Assembly: GCA_964455085.1 (NCBI GenBank)
Contig: CAYVYJ010000008.1
Location: 1,514-65,513, forward strand
Length of the DNA stretch: 64,000 nt
DNA from: an uncultured Planctomycetia bacterium
GTDB taxonomy: Bacteria > Omnitrophota > Gorgyraeia > Duberdicusellales > 4484-171
Direction: 5' to 3'
The position numbers and the translations under genes were made by a program. The notes under the pieces were generated by a model, which made no database searches, was not told the origin of the DNA, and saw only the letters and a list, made by a program, of their open reading frames with translations. Of the stretch, positions 30,330 to 38,855 are shown one piece after another; the stretch's first letter is position 1; the number at the start of each line of letters is the position of its first letter.

Positions 30330-30398
30330 TGCTCGGCTCCCACTTAGGAAATAAATTTCTCTAACCCAAAATTAACCTTTTGTGGTAAGATAATTGCT

Positions 30399-32366
30399 GT
30401 GAAAAGTTATAAATTAAAGACTAACTATCAAGGGGCGGCTGTTGATTACCAGAAAAACTTAAATCCTCAACAGTTAAAGGTAGTTAAAGAGGCTGAAGGA
30501 CCCTCTTTAGTTTTAGCTGGAGCCGGCAGCGGCAAAACCAGAGTTTTAATCTACCGTTTAGCTTATCTGCTTGAGAAAGGAATTCCGCCTCAGAATATTC
30601 TCCTAGTAACCTTTACTAATAAGGCAGCAAATGAGATGACTAACCGGGCAGAAATCCTTCTTAAGTCATCGCTTAAGAATCTTTGGGCCGGAACATTTCA
30701 CCATGTGGGTAATGTCACCTTAAGAAAGGAAGCACAAATCTTAAACTATTCTCCTAATTTCACCATAGCTGATAAAGAAGATGCCAAAGATTTAATTGAA
30801 GATTGTCTTGAAGATTTAGGCTTTTACAAACGTGAGAAAATGTTCCCGAAAAAAGGACTTATCTATAATATTTATTGTTTAGCTGCTAATTCTCAAGAGT
30901 CACCTGAAGCAACCATAGCTAACCGATATCCCCATATCCAAGAATATGCACCCCAGATAAAGAAAATTATCGCCAGATACCAAAAGAAGAAGAAACAAGC
31001 CAATATTATGGATTTCACTGACCTGCTCACTAACTGGTTATCAGTCCTGCAAAATAAAGAAACTTGCCAGGAGTACACCAAAAATTTTCACTATATACTG
31101 GTTGATGAATACCAGGATACAAACAAGCTGCAGTTTGAAATTCTAAAAATCCTCTCCTCTTATCATAAAAATATCCTTGTGGTCGGTGATGATGCTCAAT
31201 CAATATATTCTTTCCGAGCTGCTGACATAAATAATATTCTCGATTTCCCTAAAACATTTGAAGGAACTAAAATATTTAAACTCCAGATAAATTACCGCTC
31301 TCCCCCTCCAATACTCTCACTGGCTAACGAAATCATACGACATAACATAAATCAATTTCCCAAAGAATTAGAAGCCATAAAGAAAGGCGGAGAGATTCCC
31401 TCTGTTGTAAAAACAAAAGATGTTTATCAACAAGCAAGGTTTATCGGCCAAAAAATATTAGAGCTAAACCGAGAAGGCATACCTTTGAAGGAAATAGCAA
31501 TTCTTTTCCGCTCACGGTTCCAGGCTTTAGAGCTGGAAATGGAACTCTTGAAAAGGAATATCCCTTACCTGGTCCGGGGAGGTTTAAGGTTTTTTGAACA
31601 GGCCCATATAAAAGATGCTTTAAGTTATCTAAAAATAATTATTAACTCCCAGGATGAATTATCTTTTAAGCGGGCAATTTGTCTGCATAAAGGAATCGGG
31701 AGGAGCTTTGCTTATAAAATTTGGGATAAACTGATTAATCAGAAAAAAAGTGTTGCTGATGTCAGGAGAATCCTGCCTTCAAGACAGCGAGAAGGATTCA
31801 AGGAATTTACAGATATCTGCGAGGCTTTAAAAAAACTCAGGAATCCTGAAAGCTGTTTAAGAAGAATAATCGAAACTTACCAAGATTACTGCCATCTTTC
31901 ATTTGATAATTCCGAGGAGAGAATACTTGATCTAGAAGAGCTGGCTAAGATGGCTTCTACCTATTCAACTACCAAGGAATTTCTCCTTGATTTAGGCTCC
32001 TTTGAAGAATTTAAGGGTGAAACCATACTAAGTGGTTATGAAAAAGAAGATACTTTAGTCCTCTCCACCATCCATCAGGCCAAAGGATTAGAGTGGGAGG
32101 TAGTTTTTATTATTGGTTTCTGTGAATATAGCTTTCCCCACCCCAAAGCCCTTGATTCCCAAAATAACCTCGAGGAAGAAAGAAGATTATTTTATGTTGC
32201 TGCAACCCGGACTAAATCAAACCTTCATATAACTTACCCCCAGACAAAGTATACATTCAAAAATGGGCTAATTATTACCCGCCCCTCAATGTTCCTTTAT
32301 GAGTTGCCAAACCAAACTTATGAGGAGATAATAGTAGAAGAAGATCAAGGAGCAGGCATATTATGA
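30399..32366 (+). CDS. UvrD/PcrA-family SF1 DNA helicase
   Basis: AGAGSGKT, TFTNKAA, DEYQD, GDDAQSIY, TIHQAKGLEW, EERRLFYVA. Confidence 0.95.
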   Translation: MKSYKLKTNYQGAAVDYQKNLNPQQLKVVKEAEGPSLVLAGAGSGKTRVLIYRLAYLLEKGIPPQNILLVTFTNKAANEMTNRAEILLKSSLKNLWAGTFHHVGNVTLRKEAQILNYSPNFTIADKEDAKDLIEDCLEDLGFYKREKMFPKKGLIYNIYCLAANSQESPEATIANRYPHIQEYAPQIKKIIARYQKKKKQANIMDFTDLLTNWLSVLQNKETCQEYTKNFHYILVDEYQDTNKLQFEILKILSSYHKNILVVGDDAQSIYSFRAADINNILDFPKTFEGTKIFKLQINYRSPPPILSLANEIIRHNINQFPKELEAIKKGGEIPSVVKTKDVYQQARFIGQKILELNREGIPLKEIAILFRSRFQALELEMELLKRNIPYLVRGGLRFFEQAHIKDALSYLKIIINSQDELSFKRAICLHKGIGRSFAYKIWDKLINQKKSVADVRRILPSRQREGFKEFTDICEALKKLRNPESCLRRIIETYQDYCHLSFDNSEERILDLEELAKMASTYSTTKEFLLDLGSFEEFKGETILSGYEKEDTLVLSTIHQAKGLEWEVVFIIGFCEYSFPHPKALDSQNNLEEERRLFYVAATRTKSNLHITYPQTKYTFKNGLIITRPSMFLYELPNQTYEEIIVEEDQGAGIL

Positions 32367-32839
32367 TTAAAAAACTAAAAAAAATTATAACTATTTTGGG
32401 GAAGAGCAAAAAAACTCTTGCTTTAGCTGAATCGGCTAGCGGAGGTTATGCTTCCTATCTGTTGACTAAAACTCCCGGAGCATCAAAGGTATTTAAAGGT
32501 GCTATCATTGCTTATTCTTTAGGTAGTAAGAGTAAGTTTTTTAAAATTTCTCACCCTTCTTTGCTAAAAACCCAAGGCGTATCAAAAAAAATAGCTTTAA
32601 AATTAGCAACCGGGGTACGAAAAAAGTTCAATGCTGATATTGGTGCTTCTTTAGTGGGATTTGCCGGGCCTCAAACAAAAAAAGGAGTGAAGGCCGGTAC
32701 TACTTTTATAGCCCTCTGCAGCAGGAATCAAAAAATAGTCAAAAAAATAGTAGTTAAAGGAAGTCGCGATACTATCAGGAAAAAAACCAGTGCTCATCTA
32801 ATCAATCTAATTTATAAATCACTATTGCCCAAGGCTTAA
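32363..32839 (+). CDS. CinA C-terminal / PncC-family NMN deamidase
   Basis: LALAESASGG, PGAS.VFKG, GVS, GFAGP. Confidence 0.8.
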   Translation: MIKKLKKIITILGKSKKTLALAESASGGYASYLLTKTPGASKVFKGAIIAYSLGSKSKFFKISHPSLLKTQGVSKKIALKLATGVRKKFNADIGASLVGFAGPQTKKGVKAGTTFIALCSRNQKIVKKIVVKGSRDTIRKKTSAHLINLIYKSLLPKA

Positions 32840-32860
32840 TGTCAGCTAAACTACTAAATT

Positions 32861-33409
32861 ATGAGAACCTTTATAGCAATTGAGCTGCCCGGATACTTAA
32901 AAGACAAACTAACTAGATTAATAAAGGACTTCACAGAGTGTGACCTTGCCTTTAGATGGGTAAACGTGAAAAACCTTCATCTCACCTTAAAGTTTTTAGG
33001 AGATATAGAGTTGAGTCAAATTGATCAAGTCAAACAAGTGATTCTTGAGGTAGCCGGCAGTTTCAAAGCATTTACAATCAGTTTTGACAACTTTGGTTTC
33101 TTTCCTAACCAGAGAAGACCAAGGATATTCTTTGTCGGCGCAAGTAAAAAAGGACTTCTTGAAGATATGGCTAGAAAAATAGAAGACGAGCTAGAAATCT
33201 TGGGCTTTAAAAAGGGAGGTCGATTCAAATCTCATGTAACCTTAGCCAGGATAAAGGATCTCAAGAACATTGATTGTCTAAAAAATAAAATTAAGCAGAT
33301 TAACTTAAGCGAGGCTTCTCCCGTAGCAGCAATAACCTTTTATAAGAGCATCCTTACCAGGGAAGGTCCGATTTATGAAGAAATCTTCAGGAGCAACCTG
33401 ACTACCTGA
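32861..33409 (+). CDS. thpR: RNA 2',3'-cyclic phosphodiesterase
   Basis: MRTFIAI, HLTLKFLG, HVTLAR (two HxT motifs). Confidence 0.92.
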   Translation: MRTFIAIELPGYLKDKLTRLIKDFTECDLAFRWVNVKNLHLTLKFLGDIELSQIDQVKQVILEVAGSFKAFTISFDNFGFFPNQRRPRIFFVGASKKGLLEDMARKIEDELEILGFKKGGRFKSHVTLARIKDLKNIDCLKNKIKQINLSEASPVAAITFYKSILTREGPIYEEIFRSNLTT

Positions 33410-33840
33410 AGGATTAGGTTAGCATAAATTCCCGCCACCAAATCATCACCAACGACTCCTCTTGCACCCTTAAGACGTTCCATTCTGTCAGCCGGGGGAA
33501 TCTTAAGCATATCTAACATTCGAAAAAGAAAGAAGGCAGAAATTATGAATTCTACTCGCTTAGGGATAAAAAGCAAGGTAATCAGCATACCCGAAAAATC
33601 ATCAATGACTATTCTTTTACAATCCTTCACTCCGAATATTTCCTCAGCTCTAGCCGAGGCCGGAAAAGAAAGAATTAAAGAAAGCAAGGTGAAGAGAAAA
33701 AAGTAAATAGAATTCCCTAGGATAAGAAAGACAAGAACCGCCACTAGACAGGAAGCAGTTCCCGGACAAAGAGGAGTAAATCCCACCCCAAAAAGCGTGG
33801 CTATGCTTAAATTAATCTTATCAAACAATGACTTAATCAT
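33373..33840 (-). CDS. pgpA: Phosphatidylglycerophosphatase A
   Basis: PGT, IVIDD, LFRMLDMLK, DDLVAG. Confidence 0.88.
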   Translation of the reverse strand: MIKSLFDKINLSIATLFGVGFTPLCPGTASCLVAVLVFLILGNSIYFFLFTLLSLILSFPASARAEEIFGVKDCKRIVIDDFSGMLITLLFIPKRVEFIISAFFLFRMLDMLKIPPADRMERLKGARGVVGDDLVAGIYANLILQVVRLLLKISS

Positions 33841-33852
33841 CTTATCAACAAT

Positions 33853-34419
33853 TTAAAATGTTCTGATGGCTTGACGGTTCACCCAAAAATAGTAGGCGCC
33901 GGAAAAAAGGGTAATGACTACAATGTACCACATTAAGATTGGGATCAGTTTTCCGTAGAAGAAAATAGCAACCGGACTGGCCGGAAAAATCTTCCTAAAG
34001 ATAAGCGTAAAAAGGACAATAAATATTCCCAAAACCTGCGATAGGGTTTTATGCTTACCCAGCCTTCTTGCCTCCAAGGTAACCCCCTTATTTAAACCGT
34101 ATAATCTTAAACCGGTAATAATAAATTCCCGAAACATTATTAAACTCACCATCCAGGTATTTATAATACCTAATTCTAAAAAAGCACAGAATACCCCGAT
34201 AATAAGTATTTTATCGGCAATAGGATCTAAGATCTTACCTAAATCCGAGATTAAATTTCTTCGCCGGGCTAAATAGCCGTCCAAAAAATCGGTTATCGAA
34301 GCTAAACAAAAGACGATAAAGGCGACAATGAGTGAGATGAGGCTGTTCTTAAGTATGAAACCTATACAGACAAAAGAAAGCATTATCCGTAGAATGGTAA
34401 GTTTATTAGGCGTATTCAT
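33853..34419 (-). CDS. pgsA: CDP-diacylglycerol-glycerol-3-phosphate 3-phosphatidyltransferase
   Basis: PNKLTILR, TDFLDGYLARR...GKILDPIADK. Confidence 0.95.
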   Translation of the reverse strand: MNTPNKLTILRIMLSFVCIGFILKNSLISLIVAFIVFCLASITDFLDGYLARRRNLISDLGKILDPIADKILIIGVFCAFLELGIINTWMVSLIMFREFIITGLRLYGLNKGVTLEARRLGKHKTLSQVLGIFIVLFTLIFRKIFPASPVAIFFYGKLIPILMWYIVVITLFSGAYYFWVNRQAIRTF

Positions 34420-34598
34420 CTCTTAGTTACAATAATTTTCTCTATGTATTTATTATCTTTTTTGTATAAAACTCTGTTATTCATAACGGATAACGATGGA
34501 TCCAATTTTGCACCTGCCTGTCGGCAGACAGGCAATCTGCGGTTGAGGCTTAGCCTCAACCGGCTCCGCCTTAGGCGGAGATTGGATACATCTCTTAG
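34417..34598. repeat. Intergenic insert with three hairpins, flanked by 10-bp direct repeats
   Basis: CATCTCTTAG at 34417-34426 and 34589-34598. Hairpins at 34515-34534, 34540-34562 and 34564-34580 are closed by ATCCAAT/ATTGGAT. Confidence 0.75.
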
Positions 34599-35873
34599 CT
34601 ATTGGGCAACAAGATCGTAATCAAGACAATCGATTATTTTCACTCTATAGAAATCACCGATCTTTAAGCCTTTTTTCTTTAAGAATATTGCGCCGTCAAC
34701 ATCAGGAGCATCATATTGACTTCTGGCTATAGTTACATCAGAGTCTTTGGCTTCGACGAGAACATTTAATTCCTGATTAAGAAATCTCCTATTTACTTCA
34801 TTGGCAATTTTTCGCTGTTGTTCCATAACCTGACTAAGACGTCTCTTTTTTGTATTCGGATGCACCTGGGGCGAAAATCCATAGGCTTGAGTGCCTTCTT
34901 CCCGAGAATAGATGAATCCGCCTAAACGTTCAAATTTAATATCATTTAAGAAGCCTAATAGTTCTTTAAACTCTTTTTCGCTCTCAGTAGGAAAACCGAC
35001 AATCACTGAGCTCCTGATAACACAACCAGGGATACCTTCTCTTATTCTCTGGACTAAATCTATTGTCTGCTTCCGGGTAATTCCTCGGTTCATCAACTTT
35101 AAAATTCTATCATTGATATGTTGAATAGGCAAATCAATATATTTACAAATCCGCTCTTCATTAGCTATCAATTCAATTAAAGAATTATTAAAATGCTTAG
35201 GGTGAGTATAAATTAACCTTATCCATCTTATGTTTTTAGTTACCTTCAGAATTTCTCTCAAAAGCTCAGTTAAATCGCCCTCGGGCTTTAAGTCCTTACC
35301 CCAGCTGGTAATATCTTGACCAATAATATTTAATTCTGCGAGGCCCTGCTTATCCAAATATCTTACTTCTTTTATGATCTCCTGGCTAAACTTACTATGT
35401 AAGGAGCCCTTAATCAGGGGGATCGCGCAAAAACTACATCTGTTCAAACACCCTTCGCATATCTTTAAAAAACTCACCTGATTAGGAGAAGATAATTTGC
35501 CTCTTTTAGTGAATCCGCGACCAAATTTCACCAAACCCTGCCATTCGTCGATTAAAGGAAATGAGTTCTCTAGCTCCTTCTGGTATCTTTCTACTAAACA
35601 TCCTAAAACTATTATTCTCCTTACCCTGGCTTTTTTCTTTAAATCTACTGCTTCAGCTATTACTTTTAAAGACTCCTTCTTGGCATTATCGATAAAACCA
35701 CAGGTATTTACAATTAGTAAATCGACAATCTTAGTCTTTTTCTTATTATCTAGAAACAAGGAAGTTGGGGAAGTAAAAACATAACCCTGATTAGTGAATT
35801 GAGGAATAAGAATCTCTGAATCATAGGTATTGCGAAAACACCCTAAGGAAATAATCGAGAATGCTCTTGGCAT
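34599..35873 (-). CDS. rimO: Ribosomal protein S12 methylthiotransferase
   Basis: SLGC..N..DSE, NTCGFI, EGCLNRCSFCAIP, TRAM domain with DAPDVDG; synteny with pgsA. Confidence 0.9.
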   Translation of the reverse strand: MPRAFSIISLGCFRNTYDSEILIPQFTNQGYVFTSPTSLFLDNKKKTKIVDLLIVNTCGFIDNAKKESLKVIAEAVDLKKKARVRRIIVLGCLVERYQKELENSFPLIDEWQGLVKFGRGFTKRGKLSSPNQVSFLKICEGCLNRCSFCAIPLIKGSLHSKFSQEIIKEVRYLDKQGLAELNIIGQDITSWGKDLKPEGDLTELLREILKVTKNIRWIRLIYTHPKHFNNSLIELIANEERICKYIDLPIQHINDRILKLMNRGITRKQTIDLVQRIREGIPGCVIRSSVIVGFPTESEKEFKELLGFLNDIKFERLGGFIYSREEGTQAYGFSPQVHPNTKKRRLSQVMEQQRKIANEVNRRFLNQELNVLVEAKDSDVTIARSQYDAPDVDGAIFLKKKGLKIGDFYRVKIIDCLDYDLVAQ

Positions 35874-35874
35874 A

Positions 35875-36618
35875 TTATTTATCGACTACTATTCCTGAAG
35901 GTGTTATCTTGAGACTCTTTATCGGTTTACGCAAAGAGCTTAAGGTGGGGATAGCTCTGCCATTTACCTCCAAAGCTATGGCTAAACCGTCACGGATCAT
36001 CAGTTCTATCTCTTTTTCTCCTTGCCAGGTCTCTCTAGCCCCTTTCCTGAGAACTCCTTCAAAAAGGATCTCTTTATCAACTCTAACTTTAAGAAAACAA
36101 TTCTTCTTAGCAACAAGAGTTACTACTAACTCCTCAGCTAAAGGGGCGATCGGAACTAACTCCTCACTTGATTCTTCAGTAGCCTTTGGGGAGGCAGTGA
36201 AAATAAGCGAAACCTTTCTGATTAGAAAACTGCCAAGCGCAAGAAAACCCCAAAGTAAGATTATCCCTGCCAATATAAGAAAAATTTTTCTCTTAACCTC
36301 GGGAGGTATCTGTTTTATTATCCGCCCTATACCTCCTAAGATATTACTTTCTCTTATCTTTCTTAATTTTGACTTATCTCTGCCTTGAGGTTTAAGGCCA
36401 GCCAGATCATCCAAAGCGTTCCCGATATCTACCTTTAAAAATGCAGCATAAATCTTTACAAAGCCTTTAAGGTAGGTAGGGTTTATGGTGGTTAGATTAC
36501 CCTCTTCAATATCCCTGATCATTGAAGGATGCAGTTTGGTTTTCTCAACAACATATTCAATACTATAACCTAGCTCTCCTCGCTTATCCCTCAATTTATT
36601 ACAGATCTCTTTGATCAT
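35875..36618 (-). CDS. rodZ: RodZ-like protein (HTH, TM, DUF4115)
   Basis: N-terminal HTH with YLKGFVKIYA; single TM; located between ftsK and rimO. Confidence 0.8.
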   Translation of the reverse strand: MIKEICNKLRDKRGELGYSIEYVVEKTKLHPSMIRDIEEGNLTTINPTYLKGFVKIYAAFLKVDIGNALDDLAGLKPQGRDKSKLRKIRESNILGGIGRIIKQIPPEVKRKIFLILAGIILLWGFLALGSFLIRKVSLIFTASPKATEESSEELVPIAPLAEELVVTLVAKKNCFLKVRVDKEILFEGVLRKGARETWQGEKEIELMIRDGLAIALEVNGRAIPTLSSLRKPIKSLKITPSGIVVDK

Positions 36619-38855
36619 GCCTGCTCCTCCTGCTCCAGGTAGCTCTCAGGGTCAACTAGGATCTCCCGGGCTTTGGAACCGCAAAAAGGACCAACAATAC
36701 CATCCTGTTCCATTAAATCTAGGAGTCTGGCTGCCCGGGTATAACCTACCCGCATTCTTCGCTGCAACAGAGATGCCGAAGCCTGACGTGCCTGTAAAAT
36801 AACTTTTACGGCCTCATCAAAAAGCTCATCCCCTTCTATATCTATAGCTCTCTTTTTCTCACTCTCAGCAATAGCTTTCTCGTAAATAGGCTTGCCTTGT
36901 TCCCGGATAAAATTAGCAACAATATCAATATCTTCATCGTCAATTAATGAACCTTGAGCCCGAATTAACTTTACTGCTCCCGGCTTTAAGAATAATAAAT
37001 CACCTTTACCGATAAGCTTATCAGCTCCCATCATATCCAAGACTGTCCGGGAATCAACTTTTGATGATACTTTGAATGATATCCGGGCCGGAAAATTAGC
37101 TTTAATTACACCGGTAATTACATCTACCGATGGCCTTTGAGTAGCCAGGATAAGGTGAATGCCTACAGCCCGGGAAAGCTGAGCCAACCGTTGGATTGTA
37201 ACCTCAATGCTTTCTCTGGCTACTATCATCAAATCAGCCAGCTCATCAACAATAATTATAATATAGGGAAGTTTAGCCTCACTCTTATGGCTGCTATTAT
37301 AAGCATCTATATTTCGGCACCCCTCACTGGCTAAGGTTTGATACCTTCGCTCCATCTCCTCTACGGCCCAATTCAGGGCAGCAAAAGCTTTCTTGGCATC
37401 AGAGATAATCGGATGTATAAGATGAGGAATACCAGCAAAAGATGCCAACTCTACCATTTTTGGATCAACCATAATGAACTTAACTTCATCGGGCTTAGCC
37501 TTAAAAATTATTGAAGAAATTAAAGAGTTAACACAAACAGTCTTACCGGCACCAGTGGCCCCGGCAATTAAAAGGTGAGGCATATCATTAAGGTCGGCAA
37601 CAACCGGATTTCCCGATACATCTTTTCCAATTGCCAGAGTAAGTTTAGAACTTGCTTTAATAAATGCCTTCTCTTCTAACACTTCACGCAAATAAACAAG
37701 GTGTTTCTTCATATTGGGAATCTCAACCCCTACTGTACCTCTGCCGGGAAGAGGAGCAACAACCCTAACCTGTGAAGACTTCATCGCTAAAGCAATATCA
37801 TCAGCTAAGGCAGAAATCCTATTTATTTTTACTCCGGCCTGCGGCTGAAGTTCATACATAGTAACGACCGGCCCTCTCTGTACACTAACCACCTTAGCCA
37901 TTACACCAAAATTGGAAAGAGTAGTTTCCAAATTTTTAATATTACCTTCTATGTTCTCTTTTGCCTCCCGCTGGTCAGGGAAAGGCGGAACTTTTAAAAG
38001 TCCCGGATAAGGTAGCTTATAGGTGGCGGAATCAAAGGTCTTGCCTCCAGAATTTTCTAAATCTTCGATCTTCTTTTTTGCTTTATCTCTGCTAATCGGT
38101 CTGAGACTGCTCTTTGTTACTGAATTAGAGCTATCTACTCCCAAGGGATGCGACAGATCTTCCTTAAGGGATGAATCAACTTTAGGAGCGTAAACTTTTA
38201 TCTCCGGTTTTATCTTTGAATCTGCCCTGGCTGTGATATCTTTCGGACTCACTTGAAGTCTCCTCCGCTTAGTGATAACCTTACTTTCTCTTGCCTGCCT
38301 TAAATCATTTAAGAAATCAACAAGTTTAACTATGAGGTTTTTTACTCCTCTTACGATATCAACAAAGAAAAAACCGAAAAATAAAATAGCATTTACCGCT
38401 AAAAGCAGAAAAATTGTAAGAAAAGACCCAAAGGCTAAATATTTTTTGAAGAATGAAGCCAGAAAGAATCCGATGACTCCGGCAACAGCAAATACTTCAG
38501 ATTCGACTTTGGGAAATAATCCGATAAATGCCGAAAGAAATATAATGAAGAATAGAAAAGCTAGGATATTAATAACTTTACTCTTCCCCAGTCCGGAGAA
38601 ACGTAAAAAGCCTAACTTATCTAAACTTAAGAAGAAGAGAGAGAAAGGTATAAAGTAAGCCGCAAAACCAAGGATAAAACGAAGAAAAAAGGCTAAATAA
38701 GCCCCACCAATACCAATAAAATTAGAAATAGTTTCCGGGGCAGGAGAAGTAAGGAGTTTGATATCTTTGGGGGTGTAAGAAACTAAGCTCAAACCCACCA
38801 ATATAGCTACAAGAAACAGGATGGTACTCTTCAGGAAAGAAGAGAGGTGCCTCAT
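36615..38855 (-). CDS. ftsK: DNA translocase FtsK
   Basis: N-terminal TMs, AGATGAGKT, DELADLM, ATQRPSVDV, gamma domain LQRRMRVGYTRAAR. Confidence 0.97.
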   Translation of the reverse strand: MRHLSSFLKSTILFLVAILVGLSLVSYTPKDIKLLTSPAPETISNFIGIGGAYLAFFLRFILGFAAYFIPFSLFFLSLDKLGFLRFSGLGKSKVINILAFLFFIIFLSAFIGLFPKVESEVFAVAGVIGFFLASFFKKYLAFGSFLTIFLLLAVNAILFFGFFFVDIVRGVKNLIVKLVDFLNDLRQARESKVITKRRRLQVSPKDITARADSKIKPEIKVYAPKVDSSLKEDLSHPLGVDSSNSVTKSSLRPISRDKAKKKIEDLENSGGKTFDSATYKLPYPGLLKVPPFPDQREAKENIEGNIKNLETTLSNFGVMAKVVSVQRGPVVTMYELQPQAGVKINRISALADDIALAMKSSQVRVVAPLPGRGTVGVEIPNMKKHLVYLREVLEEKAFIKASSKLTLAIGKDVSGNPVVADLNDMPHLLIAGATGAGKTVCVNSLISSIIFKAKPDEVKFIMVDPKMVELASFAGIPHLIHPIISDAKKAFAALNWAVEEMERRYQTLASEGCRNIDAYNSSHKSEAKLPYIIIIVDELADLMIVARESIEVTIQRLAQLSRAVGIHLILATQRPSVDVITGVIKANFPARISFKVSSKVDSRTVLDMMGADKLIGKGDLLFLKPGAVKLIRAQGSLIDDEDIDIVANFIREQGKPIYEKAIAESEKKRAIDIEGDELFDEAVKVILQARQASASLLQRRMRVGYTRAARLLDLMEQDGIVGPFCGSKAREILVDPESYLEQEEQA

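Noticed and set aside
35861-36388. 175-aa plus-strand ORF and the other 60-130 aa ORFs lying inside real genes
   Set aside because: Antisense or alternate-frame shadows of well-supported genes, with no recognisable motifs
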